64,000 nt of DNA. Origin: Pseudomonadales bacterium. Lineage in GTDB: Bacteria > Pseudomonadota > Gammaproteobacteria > Pseudomonadales > JAUIET01. Shown in pieces: positions 1 to 9,293 of the stretch. The stretch covers positions 20,108 to 84,107 of the forward strand of contig JBBKXJ010000018.1 in assembly GCA_037969395.1 (NCBI GenBank), written 5' to 3'. Under the pieces are notes generated by a model. The model searched no databases and had not been told where the DNA came from. It saw only the letters and a program-made list of their open reading frames with translations. The stretch's first letter is position 1. Each line of letters opens with the position of its first letter. Both the position numbers and the translations under genes were made by a program.

Positions 1-1613
1 TAAGGTGCCGTCACGGACGCTTTTCGATAGCTGCCTTCACCGCGCTGATAATCATTGTTTTCGATGCGCTCACGAATACGCTGAATGTGCTCGCCCGACA
101 GCGGCCGGCCTTCGAGCACCAGTTTCACGCCGTTGTAGTCAGCTGCATTGTGGCTACCGGTGACGATTACGCCCGCTTGGGTTTCCAGGTGATGGGTGGC
201 GAAATACATTAGCGGCGTTGGCGCCTGACCGATATCCAGAATGTTTTGCCCGCTTTGAATCAGCGCCTGCTGCAGACGTTCCTTGATGCGCGGGCTGGAG
301 TTGCGGCCGTCGGCTGCAAGCACCATGGTCTGATGGCCGCGCGCGGCGGCTTCGCTGCCAATGGCCATGCCAATGGCGTACACCACGTCGTCGGTCAGAT
401 CGCGGTCAGCAATACCGCGAATGTCGTAAGCGCGAAAAATTTCAGGCGCTATCGTAACGTCGCTTAGTTCAAGCTCGGCATCGGCAATTTCCAGCGCATC
501 CTCTGGCTTCGAGCGGCTGCCGCTGGCTTTATTACCCTCCGCTTCGTTGGCATCAGTGTGCAGAATTTTTCGTTCTGACGGCGGCTTAATCTGACCTACC
601 ATGACGGTCAGGTGGTTAAAGCGATCATCGTCAAACTGCGGTGGCTTGGGACGACTGCCATCGGCCAGGCTTTGCACGTATTCGGTGATGCGTCGTAATG
701 TATCGACATTTTTGGCGGCAGTCTTGCGAAGATTGTAAAGCAGCCACAAGGTACCGAACAAAAACGGCATGGCCAATGTCATCCACACCGGTAAACGCGG
801 AATCACGGCACTGGCGATCACATCCCGACCCGGCGCGAAGCGCACCAACCAGTTGCTGTGCTCAAGCTTGGCGTCGACGACCGCCGCGCTGTCTTTGTAC
901 GGTCTGCCGCTCTGCGCCAACAGCAGCTCGCGCGCCTGAAACGTTTGTACCAATTGACTGCGGCCGCTGTCGGCTTTGAGATTGCCCAGCACGTCTTGCA
1001 ATAATTCGACGGGTAAGCGCAGTAAAATAACGCCGCTAACGCTGTCCTGCGTGGTGCCTGGTATCGCCTCCAGCAAGCTGACATGGTAGCCGTCTTCGAA
1101 TTTGTAAGCCTCCAATTCAACCGGCTTACCGTCTGCGAGCCTGGTGATCAGATCTGCTTCAATATTATTGCGCAGTTTAATGCCATAACGCCGCAGGCCC
1201 GTTATGCCGAGTTGGTCCAACGGTATTGCCAGCACGCTTTCGGCTTCTGGAAATTTTTCATTCAGGTCTGCGTGCAGCGCTTGCAGGGCCTGTATTTCTG
1301 GTTGCAGCACCGCTTTTTGCACCTTAGGGCTACGCGCATAAGTTTCCAGTCGAGTGTGCAATTGATCGATAGTGAGGCTGACCAAAGCGGCTTGTTGCTC
1401 AGCCAGGCGATAGCTTTGCTGCTGCGCATTGCTGGCTTCCTGCTGTGGCAGTATGAGAAACTTGAAGAAGGAAATACAGGCCAGACCCATCAATAGAATG
1501 ACCAGCGGCGGTACATAGTTGGGGCGCACGCGCCATTGCTCCTGAAAGTCGGAGACCGGCTGCTGCTGTTCCTCCTGCTCGTCTGCGCGTGCGCGTCTTT
1601 TGAATATCGCCAT
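1..1613 (-). CDS. algC: Phosphomannomutase/phosphoglucomutase (AlgC family) with a long N-terminal membrane-anchored extension; 3' end lies beyond the left window edge
   Basis: Minus-strand ORF with ATG at 1613-1611; absent from the ORF track because it has no stop in the window. My translation begins MAIFKRRARADEQEEQQQPVSDFQEQW. It has two hydrophobic segments (PPLVILLMGLACISFFKFLIL, LPVWMTLAMPFLFGTLWLLYNL). These are followed by EIFRAYDIRG...DGRNSSP...TGSHNAADYNGVK, which is phosphohexomutase domain I with the catalytic Ser loop. Confidence 0.8.
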   Translation of the reverse strand, partial: MAIFKRRARADEQEEQQQPVSDFQEQWRVRPNYVPPLVILLMGLACISFFKFLILPQQEASNAQQQSYRLAEQQAALVSLTIDQLHTRLETYARSPKVQKAVLQPEIQALQALHADLNEKFPEAESVLAIPLDQLGITGLRRYGIKLRNNIEADLITRLADGKPVELEAYKFEDGYHVSLLEAIPGTTQDSVSGVILLRLPVELLQDVLGNLKADSGRSQLVQTFQARELLLAQSGRPYKDSAAVVDAKLEHSNWLVRFAPGRDVIASAVIPRLPVWMTLAMPFLFGTLWLLYNLRKTAAKNVDTLRRITEYVQSLADGSRPKPPQFDDDRFNHLTVMVGQIKPPSERKILHTDANEAEGNKASGSRSKPEDALEIADAELELSDVTIAPEIFRAYDIRGIADRDLTDDVVYAIGMAIGSEAAARGHQTMVLAADGRNSSPRIKERLQQALIQSGQNILDIGQAPTPLMYFATHHLETQAGVIVTGSHNAADYNGVKLVLEGRPLSGEHIQRIRERIENNDYQRGEGSYRKASVTAP

Positions 1614-1649
1614 GTCCAGTTAGTCCGATCGGCGTGGCGTGCTTATTGT

Positions 1650-2870
1650 TTAAATAGCCCGTTTAGTGCCGTGTTTTTCACGGTAGTGTTGGCATATGAT
1701 GTCTACTAACATTTTAGCCAAGTTTAGCTTGGATGTTTGGTTAATTGCCACACTGTCGTTAGCCGTGATGACGGTGACGGCGTTCTCGTCGCTTTGAAAA
1801 CCGATGCCGGCCTGAGCCACATCGTTGGCGATGATCATATCCAGGTTCTTTTTCTCTAGCTTTTGCCGCGCGTAATTAAGCACATCGTTGGTTTCGGCGG
1901 CGAAACCAACGCAGAATGGTCGCGCTGGCAGCGCACTGACGCGGGCCAGAATGTCCTCGGTGCGGCGTAGCGAGAGCGTCATTTCCGCCGCCTGTTTTTT
2001 TAACTTGTTAGTGGCGACACTCACCGGCGTGTAGTCCGCAACGGCAGCTGCGCTGAAGAAAATGTCACAGTTTGCGGCAGCTTCCAGTGCCGCTTCGAGC
2101 ATATCTGCCGCGCTGACCACATCGACACGGCGCACAGTGCCTGCACTTTGCTGCGCACACGGTCCAGCGATGATAGTGGTCGCTGCACCCGCCTCAGTGG
2201 CGGCTTGAGCCAGCGCAAAACCCATTTTGCCGGAGCTGTGGTTCGATAAATAACGTACGGGATCAATCGCTTCAAGCGTTGGGCCTGCGGTGATAACGAC
2301 GCGCACGCCGTCGAGTTGGCGACTGCTGAACTGCTGCGCGGCGAGCAGGGCAATAGCATCCGGTTCCAGCATGCGCCCCGGGCCCACATCGCCACAGGCC
2401 TGGTCGCCTTCACCTGGGCCAAACAGGCGAATGCCGTTGGCTTGTAAGGTTTGGCAGTTTGTCTGTGTGGCAGCGTTACGCCACATGGCCTGATTCATGG
2501 CAGGTGCCAGACTAATTGGTGCAGCTGTGGCCAGGCACAGCGTACTGAGTAAATCGTCGGCCTGGCCGCCGGCAATCCGCGCCATAAAATCGGCGCTGGC
2601 GGGGGCGACCAGTACCAGGTCAGCCCAGCGGGCCAGTTCAATATGGCCCATGGCAGCTTCGGCTTCGGTGTCGAGCAGGTCGAGGTGTACGACCTCGCCC
2701 GACAGCGCTTGCAGCGTCAAAGGAGTGATAAATTCAGTGGCTGCCGCTGTCATCACTACACGAACATTGGCCTTATATTCGCGTAGTCTGCGCACCAGTT
2801 CGGCCGCCTTGTAAGCCGCGATACCGCCGGTAACGCCAAGAATGATATTGCGATTGGTAAGTTGCTGCAT
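1650..2870 (-). CDS. coaBC: Bifunctional phosphopantothenoylcysteine decarboxylase / phosphopantothenate-cysteine ligase
   Basis: Track ORF 1650..3101. The conserved flavoprotein N-terminus [22 protein letters not shown] begins at the internal ATG 2870. The CoaB half contains [11 protein letters not shown]. The upstream 231 nt of the track ORF look non-coding. Confidence 0.9.
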   Translation of the reverse strand: MQQLTNRNIILGVTGGIAAYKAAELVRRLREYKANVRVVMTAAATEFITPLTLQALSGEVVHLDLLDTEAEAAMGHIELARWADLVLVAPASADFMARIAGGQADDLLSTLCLATAAPISLAPAMNQAMWRNAATQTNCQTLQANGIRLFGPGEGDQACGDVGPGRMLEPDAIALLAAQQFSSRQLDGVRVVITAGPTLEAIDPVRYLSNHSSGKMGFALAQAATEAGAATTIIAGPCAQQSAGTVRRVDVVSAADMLEAALEAAANCDIFFSAAAVADYTPVSVATNKLKKQAAEMTLSLRRTEDILARVSALPARPFCVGFAAETNDVLNYARQKLEKKNLDMIIANDVAQAGIGFQSDENAVTVITANDSVAINQTSKLNLAKMLVDIICQHYREKHGTKRAI

Positions 2871-3006
2871 GGCGGCCTGCTGCGTAAAGCGGCTTAAGAT
2901 AGCATTGTCGCGCGTTATTTCGTACCCTGTACACACACTGGTTAAATTTCCAGCAACTGGAAAGGCAGCCTCAAGGAAAGTTTCACTGTTGTACAAGGAG
3001 GTACAT

Positions 3007-3681
3007 ATGGCTATTAGTGACTGGCCGCTGGCTGAACGACCGCGTGAAAAACTGCTTGCCAAAGGCGCTGCAGCGCTTTCAGACGCCGAGCTACTCGCCA
3101 TTTTCTTACGTACTGGCGTGCCCGGTAAAACCGCAGTGGATCTCGCCCGCGATGTACTGCAAAGTACTGGAGGTCTGCGCGCATTGCTAGCTGCCGAACA
3201 GCGCGAATTTTGCGGGGTAAAGGGTTTGGGCGTGGCAAAATACGTGCAATTGCAGGCGGTACTTGAAATTTCGCGGCGTTATCTGCTTGAAGATCTACAG
3301 CGAGACACTCTGCTAAGTTCTCCCAAAGCGACCCGCGACTATCTGGCGTTGCAGCTTACCGGCATGCAGCACGAAGTCTTTGTGTGTTTATTCGTCGATG
3401 CACAGAATCAGCTGTTGGCGTATGAACAGTTGTTTGAGGGTACGTTAGATGGCGCCAGCGTCTACCCGCGTGAAGTACTTAAACGGGTACTTTTTCACAA
3501 CGCGGCGGCGGTTATTTTTGCGCATAATCACCCGTCAGGCATTGCCGAGCCCAGCCAGGCCGATCATCGTATAACTGAGCGCTTGAAACAGGCGCTGGGA
3601 CTGATCGACGTGCGTGTGCTGGACCATCTGATTGTTGCTAACGGCGCCACGACATCGTTTGCGGAAAGGGGCTGGCTTTGA
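3007..3681 (+). CDS. radC: RadC-family JAB-domain protein
   Basis: Track ORF 2842..3681. ATG 3007 is preceded by AAGGAGG and gives [17 protein letters not shown]. The JAMM-like motif is [14 protein letters not shown]. Confidence 0.9.
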   Translation: MAISDWPLAERPREKLLAKGAAALSDAELLAIFLRTGVPGKTAVDLARDVLQSTGGLRALLAAEQREFCGVKGLGVAKYVQLQAVLEISRRYLLEDLQRDTLLSSPKATRDYLALQLTGMQHEVFVCLFVDAQNQLLAYEQLFEGTLDGASVYPREVLKRVLFHNAAAVIFAHNHPSGIAEPSQADHRITERLKQALGLIDVRVLDHLIVANGATTSFAERGWL

Positions 3682-3729
3682 TTAACGGCGTGATGGCAGC
3701 GACAGGAAGTGCCTCGACTTCAGTAACGT

Positions 3730-3957
3730 TTAGCGACTTTTATCCTGAGCTGACGATTCGCGCTGCTCACATGCCGGGCACCAGCTGCCGCGCAACACTT
3801 TGCCCAGCGGTGCATGCCATTGATGGCCGTGCTGACAGCTCCAGGCGAGTGTATCGCTAGCGCCATCGCAGTCAGTTGAGAGACACAGGCCGCCTTTAGA
3901 GAAGGCGCATATTTGCGCTTTTACCAGGAAGTAGGGATCGTTAGAGGATGAAGTCAT
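3730..3957 (-). CDS. Small zinc-ribbon (treble-clef, DUF4379-like) protein, hypothetical
   Basis: 75-aa ORF with the pattern KGGLCLS...LAWSCQHGHQWHA...RGSWCPAC, typical of single zinc-ribbon repeats. Expression is unproven. Confidence 0.4.
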   Translation of the reverse strand: MTSSSNDPYFLVKAQICAFSKGGLCLSTDCDGASDTLAWSCQHGHQWHAPLGKVLRGSWCPACEQRESSAQDKSR

Positions 3958-4133
3958 TATCGTCAGGTTCCGCGCCGGTAACAGTTATAGTGTGAACTGC
4001 GTCACACAATAACCAAGCATAGATCACATTGACTAATAATTAACCAATGCACTGACGGACGGTTCGGTGCAGTACCGGCGCCGTACTATTTACACCCCAT
4101 CAGATCAACATAGCGCAGAAGTTGCAGCTTGCA

Positions 4134-4162
4134 TTGCTAATTGCGCCAGTTTTTGATATAAA
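4134..4162 (+). promoter_or_regulatory. Candidate sigma70 promoter for rpmB-rpmG
   Basis: TTGCTA (4134-4139), 17-nt spacer, TATAAA (4157-4162), about 55 nt upstream of the rpmB ATG. Pattern match only. Confidence 0.35.
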
Positions 4163-4216
4163 GCTGCGCTCTTTTTCGCCGTCTTCAGGTCGGCTTCGTG
4201 GAGTTAGGAGAAAGCC

Positions 4217-4453
4217 ATGTCGAGAACATGTCAGGTAACGGGTAAGAAGCCGATGACGGGCAATAACGTGTCGCACGCGAAGAATCGCACCAGACGACGT
4301 TTTTTACCGAATTTGCATACACATCGTTTTTGGATCGAGTCCGAAAAACGCTTTGTGAAATTGCGGGTGTCGAACAAGGGTTTGCGAATTATCGACAAAC
4401 TGGGAATTCAACAGGTGCTGGCCGAAATTCGTGGCCGCGGTGAGCAGGTGTAG
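4217..4453 (+). CDS. rpmB: 50S ribosomal protein L28
   Basis: [33 protein letters not shown] is the canonical L28 N-terminus. RBS is GGAG. Confidence 0.97.
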   Translation: MSRTCQVTGKKPMTGNNVSHAKNRTRRRFLPNLHTHRFWIESEKRFVKLRVSNKGLRIIDKLGIQQVLAEIRGRGEQV

Positions 4454-4462
4454 GGGAATATT

Positions 4463-4618
4463 ATGCGCGAGAAGATACGACTGGTGTCATCGGCCGGCAC
4501 AGGCCATTTTTACACAACTGACAAAAATAAACGCACTATGCCCGACAAAATGGAGATCAAAAAATTTGATCCCGTGGTGCGCAAGCATGTGATTTATAAA
4601 GAAGCGAAGATCAAATAA
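4463..4618 (+). CDS. rpmG: 50S ribosomal protein L33
   Basis: 51-aa ORF below the track cutoff. My translation is [51 protein letters not shown]. It lies 9 nt after rpmB. Confidence 0.95.
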   Translation: MREKIRLVSSAGTGHFYTTDKNKRTMPDKMEIKKFDPVVRKHVIYKEAKIK

Positions 4619-4640
4619 CGCTTTTTACTGGATTACGATT

Positions 4641-4668
4641 AAACCCGGCAGCCCGCCGGGTTTTTGTT
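4641..4668 (+). terminator. Rho-independent terminator after rpmBG
   Basis: Stem CCCGGC (4644-4649) pairs with GCCGGG (4655-4660), followed by TTTTTGTT. It sits between convergent genes. Confidence 0.7.
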
Positions 4669-4680
4669 AATAGAAAACAA

Positions 4681-6645
4681 CTAAACTCGCGTTAGCAGCA
4701 AATTTCCGCAGCGGTCACGCTGCACATTCCAGCCAGGAGAAACTAGCGTTGTCGCTGTCTGGTCGGTGATAATCAGTGGCCCGGCTCGCAACTCACCCGG
4801 CGCCAGCTGATTGCGTGGCACAATTGCCACTTTAGTTTCTAGCAGTGGCAAATACGATTCGCCAGTCTGTGCGGCTTGATAATCGAGGTCTGGCACGTCA
4901 ATGGCCGCCGCCGCAACGCGCAGGCCGGCGCGCAGCGTTACCAGCTCTACCGGCAGGTCTATGCGATGTCCAAAGCGCTTTTCATGGGCTGTGTGGAATG
5001 CCGCTGCTACTGCCTGCAGCGCTGCGAAATCCACATTCAGCGTATACGATTGGCCCACGTAACGGCAGTCCAGCGTGCGCTGCGATTTAATTGCAGCGAG
5101 GTCGCAGCCCTCTTCCTGTAGCTGCTGGCGCCCGCTAATTTCAAGCCCGGTGAATGCAGCCTCGATAGTCGTCGCATTCAGGTCAGCCAACAATCCGGGT
5201 TTGCTTAGCGATAGCTGTCGCTCGCGCGGCGCGACCAACATACCCAGCGCCGACAGCACGCCGCCATTAAGCGGCACCAGCGCGCTGCGCATCGCCAGAC
5301 TGTCGGCCAGCGCGCAAGTGTGCAAACCTCCGGCACCGCCGAAGCTGCACAGCGTAAACGCGGCAGGATTGTAACCACGTTCCACCGAAATCAGCCGCAG
5401 GGCACGGGTCATGTGTTCGTTAGCGATGCGGATGATGCCCTCTGCTGTAGCCACCACGCTGAGTTGCAGCGCCTTAGCCAGCGGTGCTATCGCGAGTTCT
5501 GCAGCCTTTCGGTCCAGTTGCATATTGCCGGCCAGCGCTAAATCAGCAGGCAGCTGGCCGAGCACCACATGAGCGTCGGTTACGGTAGGCTGGCTGCCGC
5601 CGCGGCCATAGGCTGCAGGTCCTGGGTCAGCGCCGGCTGATTGCGGTCCGACATGAAGCGCGCCGCCGGCGTCAATATAAGCAATCGAACCGCCGCCGGC
5701 GCCGATGGTGTGCATGTCTACCATAGGTACGGCCACTGGCCAATCGCCCAGTTTGCCTTCGGTGGTGAGATCGACGTCGCCGTTAAGCAACGCCACATCG
5801 GTTGATGTGCCGCCCATATCGAAGCTGAGCAGACGGTCAAGGTCGCTGCGTTTACCGCTCCACAGTGCGCCGCGCAGACCACCCGCCGGGCCGGAGAGGA
5901 GAAGATTAACTGCACGGCTGGCCGCGTGCTGCACGGCGATAGTGCCGCCCGAAGACTGCATCATGGTGATTTGGGTTTGCGGCAACGCGTCTGCCAGCCG
6001 ACTTAAGTAACGTTGCACGGTAGGTCCAAGCCAGGCATTAAGCCAGGTCGCCATGCCGCGTTCATATTCCTTGTACTCCGGTAGTATTGCCGACGAGCAG
6101 CTGGCAAACATCGATTCGGGAATAATTGCCGCGATAGCGCGTTCGTGTTGGTCATCGAGAAATGAGAACAACAGATTAATAGCGACCGCCTGAGGTGCGA
6201 GCGCTAATAGTTGCCTGCGTAGTTGTCGTAGGTCAGCTTCTAGCAGGGGCTTAATAATTTTGCCTTGGGCATCCAGGCGGCAGTCAATTTCAAGGCACAA
6301 ATCCTGTTCTACCGGTACTTGCTCTGTATGTGGCGTTAAATCGTATAAATTTTTACGCGTTTGGCGGCCAATACTCAATAGATCACGAAACCCCTTATTG
6401 GTAACAAACGCCGTACGAGCTCCTTTGCGTTCCAGCGCGGCGTTGGTGGCGACTGTGCTGCCGTGAATAATAAGCAGGTCGCTGTCGGTCATGGGTTGAT
6501 TTAGACCGAGTTCTTCAACGCCCTGCAAAATTGCCTGCTCCGGTGCCGCAGGGGTTGACAGCACTTTGTGAATACGCAGCTCACCGGCAGCGTATAGCGC
6601 AAAATCGGTAAAAGTTCCGCCGGTGTCGACGCCAAGTAATTTCAT
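4681..6645 (-). CDS. Hydantoinase/oxoprolinase family protein (HyuA-like, A subunit type)
   Basis: 654 aa. N-terminus is MKLLGVDTGGTFTDF; other motifs are LLSGPAGG and SFDMGGTSTDVAL. These are ASKHA-fold hydantoinase_A signatures. Confidence 0.85.
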   Translation of the reverse strand: MKLLGVDTGGTFTDFALYAAGELRIHKVLSTPAAPEQAILQGVEELGLNQPMTDSDLLIIHGSTVATNAALERKGARTAFVTNKGFRDLLSIGRQTRKNLYDLTPHTEQVPVEQDLCLEIDCRLDAQGKIIKPLLEADLRQLRRQLLALAPQAVAINLLFSFLDDQHERAIAAIIPESMFASCSSAILPEYKEYERGMATWLNAWLGPTVQRYLSRLADALPQTQITMMQSSGGTIAVQHAASRAVNLLLSGPAGGLRGALWSGKRSDLDRLLSFDMGGTSTDVALLNGDVDLTTEGKLGDWPVAVPMVDMHTIGAGGGSIAYIDAGGALHVGPQSAGADPGPAAYGRGGSQPTVTDAHVVLGQLPADLALAGNMQLDRKAAELAIAPLAKALQLSVVATAEGIIRIANEHMTRALRLISVERGYNPAAFTLCSFGGAGGLHTCALADSLAMRSALVPLNGGVLSALGMLVAPRERQLSLSKPGLLADLNATTIEAAFTGLEISGRQQLQEEGCDLAAIKSQRTLDCRYVGQSYTLNVDFAALQAVAAAFHTAHEKRFGHRIDLPVELVTLRAGLRVAAAAIDVPDLDYQAAQTGESYLPLLETKVAIVPRNQLAPGELRAGPLIITDQTATTLVSPGWNVQRDRCGNLLLTRV

Positions 6646-6748
6646 AGGTCAAAGTCAGGTAAGCAGGGTTAGAGATGTCCTTAATTCTATGTGACCTGTT
6701 TGCATATTGATATTACTATGCCCGCCCCGAGATCTAATCGCGTCAGTT

Positions 6749-7564
6749 ATGCCAGAATTACCGGAAGTAGAAACCACGCGCCGCGGCATTGCGCCGCATA
6801 TCGAACGCCAGGTAATTCGTGCTGTGCTGGTGCGTGAGCGGCGCTTGCGCTGGCCAGTGCCCGCAAACCTTGAAGCGACGCTAAGCGGGCAACGCCTGCA
6901 CCGGGTCGAACGCCGCGCAAAGTATCTGGTTATGCAATTTGACAGCGGTTGGCTGCTGCTGCATCTCGGCATGTCGGGCAGCTTGCGAATCGTCGATGCA
7001 GGGCAGGCCATAGGTAAGCACGACCATCTCGACTTCGTATTTAAGAACGGAATAATTCTGCGTTTCTGCGACCCGCGCCGCTTCGGTTCGGTGCATTGGC
7101 AAACGGCAGAACCGCAGCTGCACCCGCTGCTAAAAAATTTGGGACCGGAACCGCTGGAAGACAGCTTCAACGCCACCTATTTGTATGCGCGATCGAGCAA
7201 AAAGGTCGTTGCGGTGAAGAGCTTCATTATGAACAGCAGTGTCGTGGTCGGGGTGGGAAACATTTACGCCAATGAAGCGCTGTATCGCGCCGGCGTGCGG
7301 CCAACTCGGGCGGCCGGGCGTATTGCCTTGCCACGCTATCAACGGTTGGTGGTTGAAATCAAGACGGTGCTACGCGAGGCGATTGCCGAGGGTGGCACGA
7401 CGCTGCGAGATTTCGTCGGTGGTGATGGTCAGGCGGGCTATTTCCGTGTCTCGCTGCAGGCCTATGGTCGCGGTGGTGAAGCTTGTTTGAAGTGTTCGCA
7501 GCCTTTGAAGAGTATTAGGCTTGGCCAGCGAGCCACAGTTTTCTGCGCAAAATGTCAGACATGA
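6749..7564 (+). CDS. mutM: Formamidopyrimidine-DNA glycosylase
   Basis: The internal ATG 6749 gives MPELPEVETTRRGI, with the catalytic Pro2/Glu3. The C-terminal zinc finger is CLKCSQPL...FCAKCQ. Confidence 0.93.
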   Translation: MPELPEVETTRRGIAPHIERQVIRAVLVRERRLRWPVPANLEATLSGQRLHRVERRAKYLVMQFDSGWLLLHLGMSGSLRIVDAGQAIGKHDHLDFVFKNGIILRFCDPRRFGSVHWQTAEPQLHPLLKNLGPEPLEDSFNATYLYARSSKKVVAVKSFIMNSSVVVGVGNIYANEALYRAGVRPTRAAGRIALPRYQRLVVEIKTVLREAIAEGGTTLRDFVGGDGQAGYFRVSLQAYGRGGEACLKCSQPLKSIRLGQRATVFCAKCQT

Positions 7565-7676
7565 CCGCAGCAAAGTGGGCAAATAGCATAAAGTAGGGCT
7601 ATGCTAATTTGTATCAGCAGTTTTACCTGCGTTAGATGACTGCTTTAAGAATACCAGCAATTAATTGGAGATCATT

Positions 7677-8009
7677 ATGAAGCCTGCATCACGGCACCCC
7701 TCGCGCGCGACCCGGTTGGCAACACTGTTATTAAGTATCACTTTGCTGCTGCCAGGTGTGAGTTTCGCTCAGGCGATCGATGAGGATCCGTCGGCCTTTG
7801 CCATGGCGGCCGATCTGGCGATAGCACGCCCCCTATTATTGGTGACAACCGTTGCTGGAGCGGCGGTTTATCTGGTTAGTTTACCTTTTACGCTAGGCGG
7901 CGGTAACGCTAAGCAAGCGGGTAAATCGCTGGTTGTTAAACCGGCTAAAGCTACGTTTGTGCGCTGCCTTGGTTGTGTTACTTCGGGTTACAAGAAAGAA
8001 ATTAAATAA
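7677..8009 (+). CDS. Hypothetical small exported/membrane protein
   Basis: ATG 7677 lies 6 nt after GGAG. The signal-peptide-like N-terminus is MKPASRHPSRATRLATLLLSITLLLPGVSFAQA, followed by one further hydrophobic segment. I recognise no family. Confidence 0.55.
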   Translation: MKPASRHPSRATRLATLLLSITLLLPGVSFAQAIDEDPSAFAMAADLAIARPLLLVTTVAGAAVYLVSLPFTLGGGNAKQAGKSLVVKPAKATFVRCLGCVTSGYKKEIK

Positions 8010-8031
8010 AAACAGCTATTCTGCACGCGGC

Positions 8032-8053
8032 GGTGGCTTGTAAACAAGTCACC
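8032..8053. terminator. Hairpin between convergent genes (possible bidirectional terminator)
   Basis: GGTGGCTTG-TAAA-CAAGTCACC forms a 9-bp stem with one G-T pair. There is no clear T-run, so it is a weak candidate. Confidence 0.3.
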
Positions 8054-8088
8054 TCCCGTTGTCTAAAATACGAACGACGGCAATTATT

Positions 8089-8592
<504 letters not shown>

Positions 8593-8641
8593 CTACATGT
8601 CCTGATGAAAGTTTGCGCAGTTTGGCGCGTTTTTTCGCGCA

Positions 8642-9256
8642 TTATAACGGCGCAGGGCAAGCAGGGATAGCGTGTTCCTGTACGCAAAACAAACAGTAGC
8701 GATTGTTGCCAGCCTGTTTCTCGCGATGTAGCCGCCACTGCTGCGGCACTGCCAGCATAGTCTGGCGCGGCGCCTCGGTATAAATCCAGCTGCCTTGCCT
8801 TACTGCATGGCTGTTCTGCAGCGCCGCGAGCGTTGGCTCCAGTAGCGCTTGCTGATACGGTGGGTCAACAAACACAATGTCGTAGGGGGCGGCGAAATTC
8901 GTTTCGTTTAGCCAGACAAGCGCATCGGCATGCACAAACTGACCTTGTTCGCATGCCAACAGTGTACGATTGCGTAAGATGCTGTGCTCAACCGCTGCCG
9001 CTTTATCGATCATGGTGACGACAGCAGCGCCGCGCGACAGGCATTCGAAACCAAGTGCTCCGCTGCCGCAGTACAGATCCAGACAGCGTGCGCCATGCGT
9101 GTAGGGCGCCAGCCAATTGAACAGCGTTTCGCGTATGCGATCCGGAGTTGGGCGCAGGCCGGGAAGATTTGCAAATTCAAGTTTGCGGCCACGCCATTCA
9201 CCACCGATAATACGCAGTTTTGCCATGCCCCGACTATGTGAACCGGATTTCACCAT
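8642..9256 (-). CDS. rsmD: 16S rRNA (guanine966-N2)-methyltransferase
   Basis: Track ORF 8642..9490. ATG 9256 gives MVKSGSHSRGMAKLRIIGGEWRGRKL...GLRPTPDRIRETLFNWL and the DPPY motif (VFVDPPY). This aligns with the E. coli RsmD N-terminus. Confidence 0.88.
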   Translation of the reverse strand: MVKSGSHSRGMAKLRIIGGEWRGRKLEFANLPGLRPTPDRIRETLFNWLAPYTHGARCLDLYCGSGALGFECLSRGAAVVTMIDKAAAVEHSILRNRTLLACEQGQFVHADALVWLNETNFAAPYDIVFVDPPYQQALLEPTLAALQNSHAVRQGSWIYTEAPRQTMLAVPQQWRLHREKQAGNNRYCLFCVQEHAIPACPAPL

Positions 9257-9293
9257 AGGGGGATTATAAGTTAGCAACAGTAACGGTTGTCGA

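Noticed and set aside
2842-3101. Long 5' extensions suggested by the ORF track for coaBC (to 3101) and radC (from 2842). The same issue affects rsmD (to 9490), proC (to 20058), fba (from 51933), gcvH (from 62027), mutM (from 6707) and the zapB-like gene (to 57601).
   Set aside because: The extensions overlap each other or divergent promoter regions. They encode Cys/Ser/Arg-rich junk before the conserved N-termini, and internal starts with an RBS give family-typical lengths.
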